From the human T2T-CHM13v2.0 reference genome, Homo sapiens: a DNA stretch of 64,000 bases. Positions 1 through 15,556 of this stretch are shown in pieces (the stretch's first letter is position 1; the number at the start of each line of letters is the position of its first letter). The translations under genes and the position numbers were made by a program. The stretch lies in NCBI RefSeq assembly GCF_009914755.1, contig NC_060934.1; one strand, given 5' to 3'. The notes beneath the pieces are model-generated. The model was not told where the DNA came from. It saw only the letters and a list, made by a program, of their open reading frames with translations, and did no database searches.

Positions 1-429
1 TTAACAGGCTGTTGCAGAGTGATCAGTGTGACTACAGGGGTGAGTATAAGATACTATGGGATGGGGACGGGGGGACACCCTAACTCACACCTGGTGGATC
101 CGTCAATACCCCAGGGAAGGAGTGATATCTGCAGAACACAGCAACATGAGGTAAGAAGGGATGAAATGGGAGAGAACATAGAATGTTCTGGAAATGTCAC
201 CCAGGCAAAGAGCTGAAGGACACCGTGGCGGATGAGAAGGAAGCAGTGAGAAATACAGCTGGACACCGTCTTTATGAAAACAAAGAAGGGGGAGCTAATC
301 GTCTGAGTGAGGATGGCTAAATCGCTTGAAATAGGAAATAGCCACTGAGCACTGTTTTCAAGTCAATTTCATCATGAGGCCAAAATGAGGGGAGTCTGGA
401 GACAGGGCTGCAACAGCAAGATCCACAAG

Positions 430-1270
430 CACTTGGAAAACTGCAAAGTGATATTAAAGTAGAACTTGTCTTCCTCAATCCATGTATTTCCCCCCAGTGA
501 TTTGTAAAGGGACATAGCAGGCATGCATATCAGATTTACAGAGGGCAAAGAGGTTCGGATGGTAGCTTCAAATGTCAAAGTTGGGGTCATATTGTTTACA
601 GTTTTGTGTCGTACTCTTCACGCACGTGCTAGAAGCCCAGCATCGGAATAAGGGAATTAAGAGGTGCCCTGCATTCTACTGTGGTTAAACTGCTTCTGGA
701 AATCTGTATTCAATTGTGGGTACCATATTTTATACAAGAAAATGAAAGAAATGGGAGAGAGACCAAAGAAGGATAACTAGACCGGGTGAAGGTCCAGAAA
801 CCAGTACTTCCCAGGACTGAGGGAAAAGCTGCATCGGTGGCCTACATATCACAAGCTCTAGTGGTAGCGTGACCATACAACCTACTGGCCATACCAGATA
901 CTTGTGAGGCAAAAGGGAGGCTATTATTGATTATATAGAGAGAACAGGTATAAACTAGGACTGTCCTGGGCTTACCCAAATGGGGGTTCGGGGGAACTTG
1001 CTAATCTGATGTGTATAAAGTGAAGGTGGGTTAACTTTGCTTTGGTGGGCAAAAAATAGACCCAATGAGGGGAAATTCCAGAAGATACTTTCGGATTCAA
1101 TGGAAGGAAGAACTTTTGAACAAGCATCATTGCTCAAAATGGAATGGGTTGCCCCGTTATCACTGCAAATCATCAGGAAGGGACCAGAGACTTTAGCAAG
1201 GGAAGTTGTAGAAAGGATTACAGAACTCAGGGACAGACGGACTCTAAGATCCCTTCCCTTCCTCTCCAAT
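430..1270 (+). mobile_element. L3/CR1 LINE 3' fragment (ancient)
   Basis: Degenerate L3-like segments (tgtattcaattgtgggtaccatatttt...; ggaagaacttt...aaaatggaatgggttgcc...ctctaagatcccttcc). Confidence 0.55.
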
Positions 1271-3409
1271 AAGTTGTGATGTATAAGGCATGGATATATA
1301 GGCACAGCTAGAAACAAAGAGTTCCAAGAAAATATATTCATTCTGATAGCTGATGTATTTACTTGTGATGTTTCCTTGGTACAATATTACATGTGGTTTG
1401 GTGAAACAAATTTTTACAACGTTCACTCAGTGCTTCAGAAAGCTTACAAAAATTTTAGTACAGACTGATAGGCACAAACGCATTTTTCTACTTTTTGGTG
1501 CTACCAATTTTTCTCATATAAATGTGTGGTCGAACATCCCCTATTTAAAATGTAATTCTGTGCAGAAGAGTTACCGGCATCTGTTGCTGGTTTGGTAGAG
1601 AATTCACGTGCTCAGTAACCAAGAACCTTAATAACACTTTCTGGTAACATGAATTTGCCTACTTTGTTTCAGTGTCCAGTTTAATCTGTCGTTTTAAATG
1701 AAATTTTAAAAAAATTTTGCTTATGTTGTGATCAATGGAAGGAGACACAGTATTATTTACAACTATGGGTCTTATTATACAATAAGTTTTCACAGTTGTA
1801 AACATTTTATTGATACTAAAACAATAATACGTGTGATTAAAATAGAATGATGTGACTGCCATAATAGGCACACAATAAATATTTTATATGAATAATAAAT
1901 ATATATTTAAATAGCATATATCTTTATATATATAATTTCAAGGGCAATTATGTAATATAGGTACTATATAAATTAATTTGCATTCAGTGAAATATGTTTT
2001 AATTTGCCTATTCTGTAGAAATATGCCCCAAAAGCCAGTCTCAGGAACACATGCATTATTTGTCATTCACATACCTATGTGACAAGCAGAATCAATGTGG
2101 ATCTGCCCTCAGTGGTGGGTGAAGCCACATAGATAAGAGTTGGGGAATGGGCTCTCCTTGTCATAAACAATCTTCTTTGTATACTACTATAGTCATAATC
2201 TCCATTGCCTCCCAGGGAGGTGTGGAGCAGAAAATAGTATTCTAGACCACCTGCAAGTTTTCCAAATTCCACCCTTGGGTCTTTGGTGGCTCTTGACATA
2301 CAGTAGGAAAATGGCCACCTATGAGGTTAGTATGTCCTGCCAGGCCACCTGCTTTGCTAAACCTGTGTTGGATACAAAGCACTCCTGTACTAAGTGCCTA
2401 AATCCAAGGTCCACATGCTCAGATGCCAAGTCCTGCCACGTTTAGCAGGAAGCACTCCACACCGACAGCTGACTCCAGTGACACCCTTAAATCAGATCAA
2501 ACCTCTAGTGGCATCGGAGCAAGACACATCTGAGAAACAGGGACGCTCGAGAACTAGAGAACCACCAGTCCTACACGGAGGTCCCAGTTCCATGAGGTCA
2601 AAAAGAAGTCCCCAACCCTCCCCATTCCAATACAGAGCTGCAGGGAGAGCTTGGGGACCCGTAGTGCTTCCATAGGGGGAAGTTTCCACAGTGACTTTGA
2701 CATCCACATGGAGCAGTCCATCTGGGCTAGAGGCTACCGCCTTTCTGTTTACATAACCAAGTACTTTGGAAAGGGTTCTGCTGGAATGTCGCTGGCAGGG
2801 ACTTCTTGGTCTTGCATGAGCTGTGCTGGCAGATCCCTCCTTCCATTCTTCCTGGGGGAGGTTTTGACACTGGCTGGCTGCCCCATGAACCATCCCAGAC
2901 ACTTCATGGAGAACTGCCCCTGGGCGCCTGGTCCAGTGTCAGGAGCTCCCAGGAGGGGATAAGTCCTAGAGCTGCTCCCCATGTAAGCCTGGGCATGGAA
3001 GGTCAGGCCTGAGAGGGGTGGAAAGAGCGAGGGAGAGGACTCCCAAACCCAAAAGTCTCCCCACCCCCATCCTCATCAAGCCTCTTGGTGGAAATGCTGT
3101 CACAGACAGTAACGTAGCACCTTACAGTGCAATGGCCCCGGCAAACGAGAGTCTAAATATATCCAGGGTGCATATCATTAGTGAGCAGTTACAGAAATAA
3201 AGATGTTATGTTGTATCTGTTAGTCAAATCAAAAATTCTAATTGGACACAGAACAATTTCTCAAAGCTTTCAGCAGGAGGTAATTACTGTGTTGACTACT
3301 TGTAGCAAAAAAAAAAAAAAAAAAAAAGCTGAAATAGAGCCTAGTGTTTGGGCTGTTTCCATGAAAGAAGGAAGGAGAGAGATGTTTTTGCCTGGATCTG
3401 AGCTGCTTA

Positions 3410-3844
<435 letters not shown>

Positions 3845-3850
3845 GAAAGA

Positions 3851-3881
<31 letters not shown>

Positions 3882-3941
3882 AGGAGAGAAAGAGAGAGGG
3901 AGGGAGGGAAGGAAGGAAGGAAGGAAGGAAGGAAGGAAGGA
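3845..3941 (+). repeat. (GA)n/(GGAA)n polypurine microsatellite (Alu tail-derived)
   Basis: Directly visible. Confidence 0.95.
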
Positions 3942-4069
3942 ACCTGGAAATGAGTCTGTGACTAGATAATAGTATTGGAAAGCCAGAATTTTAAATCAGG
4001 ACAGACAGATGAGGCAGGGACAGTGATGACATTTTATATCCTTCCTCATGTCTAGTCCTGAGCATCACA

Positions 4070-4230
4070 CAAATGATTGACTAAAAGTATAAAAGTACAG
4101 AGTTACAATTCCTGATTGTGGTGATGGTTTCCCAGGTATAGTCACATATCAAGACATATCCAACAGTATATTTTAAATAAGCATAGTTTATTATATGTCA
4201 ATGATATATTAATAAATCTATTTAAATATG
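4070..4230 (+). mobile_element. Old L1M 3' end fragment
   Basis: tgattgtggtgatggtttc...tttattatatgtcaat...aataaa, typical of L1MC/MD/ME 3' UTRs. Confidence 0.6.
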
Positions 4231-4236
4231 AGATTT

Positions 4237-4627
4237 AGCACTTTGTGAGGCCAAGGCTGGAGGATTGCTTGAAGCCAAGAGTTTGAGACCAGCCTGGGCA
4301 ACACAGTGAGACCCCATCTCTAAAAAAAAATACAAAAATTAGCCGGGTGTGGTGGTAATCCCAGTGCTTTGGCCTGGAGTTCAAAACCAGCCTAGGCAAC
4401 ACAGCAAGACCCCATCTCTCAAAAACAAACAAAAAAAATCTTTTAAAAAACGTAGCCAGGCATGGAGACATGGGCCTGTAGTCCCTGGTACTCAGGAGGC
4501 TGAGGTGGGAGAATCACTTGAGCCCAGGAGTTTGAGTCTGCAGTGAGCCATGATGGCACCATTGTACTCCATCCTGGGCAGCAGGGTGATACCCCATCTC
4601 CCCACAAATAAATAAAATAAAATAAAA
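4237..4627 (+). mobile_element. Composite AluJ (extra partial left monomer)
   Basis: Two left-arm-like segments followed by a right arm and a (TAAAA)n tail. Confidence 0.85.
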
Positions 4628-4735
4628 GAGAGACATTTCTTCCAAGTTATCAAAAAGACACCATCAGGAGCATGACATTGAGGATTCAATTTGTACAATG
4701 GCACATCTCAACAGAACTTTTCACACAATGAGGAA

Positions 4736-4914
4736 TTCTTTTCTTTCCTTCCTCTTCCTCCTCCTTCTTCTCTTCCTTTTCCTGCTCCTCCTCTTCCTCC
4801 CTTCTCCCTTCTCCCTCCTCCTCTCCCTTCTCCCCCCTCCCCCTCCCCCTCCTTCCCCTTCTTCCTCCTCCTCCTCCCTTCCTCCTCCTCCTCCTCCTCC
4901 TTCTTCTTCTTCTT
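4736..4914 (+). repeat. Polypyrimidine (CCT/CTT) low-complexity tract
   Basis: ~180 nt, almost only C/T. Confidence 0.95.
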
Positions 4915-5028
4915 GAGATGGGTCTCACTATTTGACCCAGGCTGCTCTCAAACTCCTGGCCTCAAGCGATTCTCCCACCTCAGCCTCCCAAGTTGCTGGG
5001 ATTACAGGTGTGAGCCACCACGCTTGGC
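4913..5028 (-). mobile_element. FLAM / Alu left monomer
   Basis: Antisense Alu left-arm sequence. Confidence 0.85.
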
Positions 5029-5224
5029 TGTTTTTCATACATTATATTCTTATTATTTGAAGTTTGGTGCTTATGCATTTTCCCAGATGTCATCATACTC
5101 AGTTCTGAACCCTGGAGTTGGCAGTCTTTTGTGCTTTAAGCATCGTTTGTACATGGGTGAGCTTCAACTCTGTGTCTCCACTGTGGTGTCCCCTGACCCA
5201 GGTTTGTAGAGAATTATGCTCAAA

Positions 5225-6140
5225 ACTGCCCTCTCCACACCTCACTTGGTCCCTTGTTAAACATCCCAAGCTCGGCGAGTCCCAGACGGAATTCCTGATC
5301 TCACTTTTCCCCAGATCACAGCTTCCCCTCCCAGGTAATGGTAGCTCTGCCTCGTCATCTCCATTTTGTGCTCTTTTGGCCCCAAATTCTGGACTCTTCT
5401 CTTTATCACATATCCCACACTGAACCCTCAGAAAATCCTGTTGGTTCTGTCTTCAGAATATCCAGAACCTGAACACTTTTCATCACCGTCATCATCATCA
5501 TTGTCATCATTTGTCTGGATTCTTGCAAATGTGCTTCCAACTCTGCCCACCTTGCAATCTCACCCACACGGCACCCAAACCATTTCTGCATGGCCTCCGT
5601 GGGACCAGGGGCTCCCCAGCTCCACAATGGGGAGAGCCCCCCAGGGTAGAGCCTTAAAGGCCCATGTGACTCCCACCAGTCCTCACCCTGCACCACATGG
5701 CTCTGGGACCTCTCCTGGGTGCAACCTCTCTTGTTCCCTGCCACACTTCTGCCTCAGTGCCTTTGATGAATTCTGCCCTCTGCTTGGAATACTCACCACG
5801 TCCAGACACCCACCTGGCTTACCTCCTCACATCCTTTCAGTCTTTGCTCAATGATCACCTTTCCCGAGGTCTACAAGACCCCTGTGTTTAAAAGAGCAAC
5901 TTAGCACACTTCCCTTCCTCTGCTTTGTTTTTCTTTGTAGTAATTACCAGCTTCTAGCATCCTCTGTCACTTACTTATGGATCATGTGGATTGTCTGCCC
6001 CTTCCTCTTCGAATGCAAGCTCCCCAGGGGCAAGACTTGGTTGGTTTTTCTCACTGCCACATTCCTGGAATGTTCAAGGCATACCAATAGGTATGTGTTG
6101 AATGATTGAATGGGTGGGTGCATGAATGAATTAATGAATG
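5225..6140 (+). mobile_element. L2 fragments
   Basis: L2 motifs ending in ...gaatgcaagctcc...gtgttgaatgattgaatg. Confidence 0.65.
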
Positions 6141-6204
6141 AACTTGTGGCACTCAAATACTTCTGCCATTTGCCAGCTGGGGTTTGCCAGGGTAGCATTT
6201 TTTA

Positions 6205-6537
<333 letters not shown>

Positions 6538-6714
6538 CTATCCTTATTCTCTTCCCATTTGACATAGAAACAGGCAGAGAGAGAAAGCAGAGCTCCCTAG
6601 CAGAGAGAAGAGCTGACCATAGGTAGGGGCCCTGGGCTGGAGCAGGAAACAGTCCCTAGAGATCTGCGCAGACAAGTCAAAAAAGGAGAAATCACAACGT
6701 GACAATGAGTTCCT

Positions 6715-7270
6715 CAGTTACATTTCTGAGCACCTGCCAAATGCCAGGGATAACGCTGGGTGCTGTGCTGTCAACGACAAAGAAGATACGGTCCTACCCC
6801 TAAAAAGCGACGGTGGGAGGCATGTGAACAGGTCGTCACTGTCCATAGGATCGAACTGCGACTGCCTTCCAGCACGCATGCTTCTGGAGAATAGAGGAGA
6901 GGAACTCGCTTCTGCTTGGAGGAACAGGAGCAGGGAACACTGGAGGCTCCAAGTAAAGAATGAGTAGGTGCGTCCCAGGCAGGAAAGGGATGGGAGGGGA
7001 ATGGCAATGTGAAGGGAGCAATTGCAAAGGCTGAAGTCCAGATGAGGTCAAATGTGCTTGGGGAGAGGCAAGGGGGTGTGTGTGTGTGTGTGTGTGTGTG
7101 ATGGTTAACATAAGAAAAGACATTTAAGAAATAAGAAGCCTCTAGATTGTGACGGGCTTTTTCTTCCATGCTAAGGACTGTGGTCTACGAAGAATGCAGG
7201 GTGCTGAGGTGGGGGTTGTGGATGTGGTCAGGGGTATAGGAAGCTGGCCAAAGGATAAGCTGTGATGATT
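6715..7270 (-). mobile_element. L2 fragments, with a (TG)n run at 7076-7100
   Basis: catttctgagcacctgcc...; degenerate antisense L2. Confidence 0.5.
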
Positions 7271-7614
7271 TTATAATGACTCAGGAAAGAGAGCCCCTAA
7301 ACTATGACAATGGCAGTCAGCACCTCACCCTAAAAGAATGTGGGAAGACAATGTATGGACCGAGGCATTGGAGAAATTTGATTGGAAAGATTAGCTGAAG
7401 AACAGCTGACTCCGAGCAACGCAGAAAGAGGAAGCTCGAGGCAGGCATGGTGAGTCACATCATGGGACAATGAGGTCTGAGCCTTGGAGGAGGAAGAGGA
7501 AGAGGAGTAATGAGAAAACCACAGGTGGGACCAGTAATCACAAAGGGAAACAGCAAAGCATTTGTAAGCTCTGGAATCCTACCCAGTGAGGCTGCTTTGG
7601 GGAATAGTATTTAG

Positions 7615-8176
<562 letters not shown>

Positions 8177-8265
8177 TAGTTGAGTTTTGTCAGTTCTCTA
8201 GGAGCGTGGTCAGTTTCATTGGCAAGAAGCAAAGGAGGATCTAGCTGCTTAAGAAACAAAGCTCT

Positions 8266-8572
8266 GCCAGGTGCGTTGGCTCACGGCTGTAATCCTAGCA
8301 CTTTGGGAGGCTGAGGCGGGTGGATTACCTGAGGTCAGGAGTTCAAGACCAGCCTGGCCAACATGCTGAAACCCCGTCTCTACTAAAAATACAAAAAAAT
8401 TAGCTGGGTGTAGTGGTGCGTGGCTGTAATCCCAGCTACTCGGGAGGCTAAGGCAGGATAACTTCTTGAACCTGGGAGGCGGAGGTTGTGGTGAGTTGAC
8501 ATTGCACCACTGCACTCCAGCCTGGGTGACAGGGTGAGACTTTGTCTCAAAAAACAAACAAACAAAAAAAAC
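8266..8572 (+). mobile_element. AluS
   Basis: Full dimer; TSD AAGAAACAAAGC. Confidence 0.95.
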
Positions 8573-9160
8573 CAAGAAACAAAGCACTGTGTTTTTGCAT
8601 ACTATTCTCGTATTCTCTGAGTATTTGGATATCTTTCCCAGTTGGAAGTTGCAGATCTCTGCATGGCACAAAATCTCTATCGACTAATTTACAACTTTAG
8701 GAACAGGAAGGCAAATGAACTAAATTGTTGTGGATGACAAAAGCCATATTTTCCACAATAAAGTAAGGAAGGAACCACAAACAAATACCAGCTTATAATT
8801 TCTCCATCAAATGACAGACACACTCCGCCCTGTCTAGGCAAAAGATGGCCATACGCTGTCCCTTAGGGCTCACTGAAAATATATCCTAGTCTTGGATGCA
8901 GATATAATGTTCTATAAATACTCTCCCTGTTTGCATATTTGCCTAATGTTTTTCTTCTGCTGCCTGTGTGTGCCTGTTTAATCAGTCTCCAGAAGACAGA
9001 TGATCTCTCGTTCTGACTTTATTTAACATTTAGAAGGTTATTAAGTGCTTAAAATTTTTTCGATGAACATTATGCAAATTGACACGTTGACTTCTCGAAC
9101 TACAAGGAAACTATCCCAATATTTTCACGGTGGTTGAGTGGTTGATGCAATGGAAAAGAA

Positions 9161-9318
9161 ACACACACACACACACACACTCACACACACACTCACACAC
9201 ACGCTCACACACACACACACTCACACACACACTCACACACACGCTCACACACACGCTCACACACACGCTCACACACACTCTCACACACACACTCACACAC
9301 ACACACACACACACACAC
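9161..9318 (+). repeat. Compound (CA)n microsatellite with CT/CGCT interruptions
   Basis: Directly visible, ~158 bp. Confidence 0.97.
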
Positions 9319-10180
9319 TCCCTAAAAGGCATCCTGTATATTCAGGATCTAGGCTTATTTCTGCCATTAACTTGTTGCATTAATGACTTGGGTGGAATAT
9401 AATAAATAAAAATAGGAGTTGAAAATCTTCCTAATTAATGGCAATAAATGGGAAGTAGACAAAGAACATTATGGGGTGATTACAGTGTTGCCTTTTTTGT
9501 TCAGAAAAGGATGCAATTGCCATTCATTGAGATAATCTTGGTAATTCTTACATCTTTTCTAGAATTTTCAAGATAAAAGCTTTTTCTGATCTTTTTTGAA
9601 AATTAAAGAATTTCAGAAATTCTTAGAAATTGGTAATATAATCCACTGGGTCAAAGGCAAAGTCATCTGTCTTTTCTTCCTTCCCTTCCCCCCACCGACC
9701 TTCTCTACCTTAATGTTCCAGGACTCGCTGGAGACCCAGATGTAGTAGAGCCCTGGGCTCTCTCATCTGCTCCCAGTGATAGACCCTAATTCCTTTTCAC
9801 AGCTAGAAGACTCTATTACATCCTGCCACCTGCCATCTTCACAAATCTTCCCTGTTCCCAACAAGGTAAGAATGGCTAGGGTCATGACTTTATCTGCAGA
9901 ACCCTTTCTGGAAGGCTAGGTGACACTTGTGAAATATCAGAGCTAACATTTGTCCACGTATACTACTTTCTGTCTATAAAATTGATTTCAGTATTATAAG
10001 TGAGGATGCACCATTTATTTCAGTAGCACCTCCACTTCTACAGCCAGCTGGCTTCTTCTACCTCGATGGGATCATATCCCCCCAAAGTTAGCATCGTTGA
10101 GCCTTCCAGTAATATAAGTAAACAAGGTTGGAGAGGGGGAAATGCAAAGACAAAATCTCTTATTCTAGAGAAGTCTCCTT

Positions 10181-10307
10181 GCCTAATGCAGTAGCTCATG
10201 CCTGTAATCCCAGGGCTTGGGGAGGCCAAGGCAGGAGGATCGTTTGAGGCCAGGAATTCGAGACCAGCCTGGGAAACATAGCAAGATCCCATCTCTCCAG
10301 AAAAAAG
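10181..10307 (+). mobile_element. FLAM (free left Alu monomer)
   Basis: Monomer with TSD-like AGTCTCC flanks. Confidence 0.85.
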
Positions 10308-11641
10308 AGTCTCCCATACTTTTTGAGAGTTAGGCGTTTCACAGATATTAACTAATTTGCTCCTCCGAATGTCACTTATAAATAAAGCAACCAAGGCTCA
10401 GAGAGACTCAGTAATTCACCCAAGGCCACATAAGCAGTGGCAGAGCTGGTTAAATGACCAAACCCAGGGCAAGATGGCGCCATCCTCCCCTCTCTGTTTG
10501 CCATGCCAGGTTGCACCACACAGATCCACATCAGGAGGCAGGGACACCAGCCTTGGCGCAGCAGCTGAGACCAGGGCGAGGTCCCTCAATGCCTGTAAGC
10601 TCTTCCTCATTTGCAAAAATGATCTAGATACCCCCTTTCATTCCTAAAGCACCATCTCTCTAAAATGTTTGATTGGCTGGATAACCCCGAGATCACATAT
10701 GCACGTGGTTTGTAGACTGCACCAGGCATTGACTGTGATGGGCAGCCCTGCAGCCGTGGCTGCAGCCCTTGCTAACAGTAGCCCTTGTTACAACTGCCTT
10801 CTGTACATGGTTCTCCCCTCCTGCCAAGACCTGCAGGCTACATCTGTGCTACTGGTCACTCTGCAGTTCTTCTGTTACAAAACACTCAAGCAGCCCAATA
10901 AAAGGGGATTGAGAAGGCCGAACACTGCTCCCCATTGTGCTCCATCAGTGTCTACTTCATGTCCTCATCACCCTCCCATCTCTCCTTCTCTCTCTCTCTC
11001 TCTCTGGGCAACAGAGAAATAAATATCAGATACTTAGCAGGGCTGGCCAGTGGGAGTCGGGAGATGGGCAAGCCAGCGCTAGACTCTCCGGCTATTGGTA
11101 GGTATGTCGTCTAGCTCTGGAGGACCCACACTGTCTGGCTTCCTAGTTTGGGTTTTATCACATCTATATACTTCTTCCCAGGCATGTGGCGAGAGCGTAA
11201 TGGTGCATTTTCTGGTTATGAATGGCACAGCCTGGCAACTCGCCGATTATTATTTCCATTCCCTGTGATGCATTATCAATCTAATTCCCCATTACCTGCC
11301 GTTTTTGTTTTTTTTTCCCATGCCTTCCCCATACAGCAAGGACAAAGAAAGGCAAAAACCCTGCAAAGAAGGCTGCATCACCAATGAACAGGCTAATCCC
11401 ACAGGAAATTGTGGAGTGGTAGCTTCAAGTGTGCAGGGAGAGGTTTTGGCTAATTTGAAGTGCAAAATATCATTAAAAGGTTTGGGATTCTGCATTAGGA
11501 CCAGGACTCCGGACTTTAAGGTTGGTAATGCATTACTAACTGAGGAAGAGGGGCCACACCACAGCACAGACTAAGAAAAGTTTTGACACAGGTGGGCCTA
11601 ACAAGCGACACTGTGCTTTAGACCACTGGGGTTTTCCAGAT

Positions 11642-11830
11642 TTCTTTCTTTTTTTTCCTTTATTTTTATTTTTTTAGAGACAGGTTCTCCCTCTGTTGCC
11701 CAGGCTGGAGCGCAATGGTGCAATCATAGCTCACTGTAACCTCCAACTCCTGAACTCAAACAATCCTCCCATTTTAGCCTCCTGGAGCAGCTGGGACCAC
11801 AGGCACACGCCACCATGCTTGGCTGGTTTT
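11642..11830 (-). mobile_element. Alu right monomer (FRAM/AluJ fragment)
   Basis: Antisense right-arm sequence. Confidence 0.85.
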
Positions 11831-12476
11831 TCAGGTTTCTGAAGTCTAAACAGATCCATGTTGGAGTGCGGTCTGATACACTCACTCAGCGATTTGCTTA
11901 TACAACCAGGGTCCTGGGAGTGCTCAACATGAGCAGCGAGTTAATGTAGTGAGTGTATGCAAGCAAAACATACGCAGTAGCCACGGATTGGCAAATAATT
12001 GCTAAGAAGGCAGGAGCAAAAAGGAACATGTGAATGTAAGTCAGAGTTTGGGGCAAAGGGTATGAATGTACCAATGCTCCTGACCACAGACAACACGTTT
12101 CTTCTTGTATTGCATCATTGAATGGCTGGAGCTCTACCTTTAAAACAAAAAGCCAGAAAACATCACACAGTGTAGAGATCGCCCTTCCTAACAAGCTAGA
12201 GCCTACACGGAACTTCTCTGAATTAGAATTAATTATGCTGGTACATCTGTAGAGAGGTTTTGATTTGACTCAAACTGAGACTACCACTCATTTCTTCTTG
12301 ATTATTTGGTAGTAATAAGGCCCCTGAACTGAACCGGATCCCCCATAGTCCTCTATTACTTTCCAACAACTGTGACTTTTATTCTTAGCAGTGACTTCCA
12401 TCTTCAAGTGGAAGATGAACAATGTTTCTCTTTGGGAGGAAAATGCCCAATTTCCACTGATACAGTTAAGAACTGA

Positions 12477-12791
<315 letters not shown>

Positions 12792-15556
12792 TCATTAGCC
12801 CCCCAAATAAGCATTAGTGCAATGTACTAAACAGTAGCACCAGCTCTGACCATCTTCTGTAAACGTAAGAGAGGAACAGTGATAGGGATTTTTAAAATAA
12901 TGCCACTGGTGGTAGAGCTGGTTACTTCCAATGTAAGGGTGTGTCTAAATTATTCCTTATAAGAGAAGGATGTGCTGATTCCATGAGACAACGGAAAGGG
13001 TGGCAGCTGATGGATTTAGGGAACTAAAATGAAACTGCTGTGAAGAGAATTTTTGATAAGCTGGATTTATGCTGATTCAGAAAACTTTTTGCAGAAGAGA
13101 GCATTGAAACCGTCTGGCCTTTGTGTGCAATCGTGACTCCAAAGCCCAAAGTTCCAAGAGCTATTGTACCAACTCTGGAGATGAAATGTTCTGGGAAAAA
13201 CAACAACTAAAAATGGAAAATACTACTGATGTACTTCAGTCTGATTATGGCTGGAATGAACACCTCAAGATAAAATCCAGCACGCCCTTCCCCACAAGAT
13301 CAGGTTTTTTAGCAGCCACTTTTCCAAGATTCTCTGACTCTGATTTTGCTATTGGAGGAAAAACCCAAATATCTACATACCCTCCACAATTGATGCAATG
13401 ATCCCTTTTCTTCCTTTTCTTACATCAATGCCTAACTTTTCAGAGACATCCAACATCTTTTTGTTGTTGTTCCTTTCGTGACATTTCCAGAGAGAAACGG
13501 ACAGCGCAGAATCAGAAATGGGTAAGGTGGGGTGAACCGATAAAAATGCAGTGTCCTGGGGAGGTCATGAGGGCACATGGGCCTGAGTTACTTGCTGATT
13601 CTATTAAGGTAAGAGAACTCCTGTTTTAGCTCAAGGGGAATATAGTTTTTAGGGTTTAGACTGAGGAATCATTAGAAGATCATTACCCTATTGCTTTCTT
13701 ATGAGGTCCCAGAAATTGCTTCTAAGATGCTGAGATTTTGCACAACAAATAAACCAAAAAAGAGAAATTCTGCCACAAATGTTATCATATCAGGTGCTAC
13801 CCCAAAAATAAGACATATGAATTGAAGTTACTCCTGACACTGGACTCAGACATTCTAATACTCTGTGGAGAGTAGTTTAAAAGAACTTCAAAAGCTGGTT
13901 AACTGTTAGCATGTCTATTTCTCATTTCGACATATTGAACTAGGAATTCTTCAAAAGTTATACTGTTCCTTTTCTTAAAATATGCAAAAATATCTAAGAA
14001 CAAAGCTTTAGATTGTAAATTGCTCCATTATACTTTCATTCAGTATGATGCGTCAGGCTAAACGCAAGTCTTATGAGGGGTAAGTATATGGCTTGCTGGA
14101 CACGTGAATTGAACTACAAGCATGCTGCACGCACGTGCGGATGCAAACACACACGCACCAGCATAAACAATGTAAACACAAGTGGTATATTCATGCAGTA
14201 AAGGCAGTAACGATCTTTGATGGTAGTCTCACCCAACACTTACTTAAAGACAAAGGTAGCCTGGCAAGTCCCCTCAATATGAGATCTCCTGAACCTTCCA
14301 TATCCCTTTCTTTCACATCACAAACCAATCCCACTTTTTGCATCCACTCCTTAAGGTTGACTCAAGAGCTCTTTCCTTGGCAACTCTTGCATATCTGCTA
14401 TTCCACAGAGCTCTCTCCCCAAGTTCCAGAACCAAGCAAGGAGTCACTGGATGTCTTTCCCTTTGACCTCAGGCTATAACTTCGCTGTGACAATAACATC
14501 GAGAGCTGTGCACATCTGGGATGCTGTTCTCATGGATTATGAAATCAGCAACTCACTGAACCTCAAGGGGTCTCAGTTTCCCCAATGACAAGATCATGCT
14601 AATGGCACCAGCCACCTGCCAGGTTATCAGGGGACTTGATAACAATGTCTGCAAATTACAAAGAGAACCCGTGCCATAAATAACAAGTCTTATTAATAAA
14701 ATTAGTTCAAGACAAGTGCCAAAAACAATATAGCAATAGCAGCGGCAGATCACACTTGGTCAGAACAAAAGAGGGTGGAGAGATTTTCTGATCCTTATTC
14801 CTACTAAAACAATTCCCCTTTAATGAAAGAATAAGAATTTAATTTTTTCTCCCTAAAACATTACTTCTACCCACACAACTTCATACACCAGTCATTACTT
14901 CTTTCTAACTTATCTGGAGGCAACATTGTATTCACCGGCTGGACAATATAGCGTTGATTTCAAAGCATGTCCAAATATTGCCTCCAATTAAATTAATTGC
15001 AGCTATTTAACTTCTCAGGACCAAGTGGATTCAAACCTATTTGTCACACGACCCTCATTCCTGCTGTGCCCTAAATAAACCCAAACTTCCTTTGCAACAG
15101 AATGGATCTAACAGAAGACAGTGTACAAACTGGATCATCTCCTAACCTTCTAGGTTGCAAGAGACAAGTAACACTTTGAGAACCAAACCAGATTTCTGTT
15201 GATTTGAGGCTTTGGTCTTCTGGCCCTGTCCAAGTCCAAGTCACACTCAAACATAAATGGGGCTTAATGCTACGAATGGGCTTGATACAATTTAAAGACC
15301 AAAAACACAACAATGAAATGTGTCTTCCTCTCCCCGACTGCTGCCCCCAATGCAAAAGCACTTTGCTGCACATTTGAAGGACGGCATACCCAGCTAAGTT
15401 TCATGAAGTCTAAGGGACAGGTTACTGTATCCAGTTCCTAAGGTACTTCCCCAGGGTCAGCAGTGGCTTCCCAGGATGAAGTCAGCAGTTTGTCCCGGGC
15501 TCTCTGAGCGGTGCTTTCCCACAGATCAGTGATGCTGTTGGAAAAGGACGACTTAC

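Noticed and set aside
9111-9402. His/Thr- or Cys/Val-repeat ORFs (also the R/E/P-rich ORFs at 4686-5209)
   Set aside because: Translations of microsatellites.
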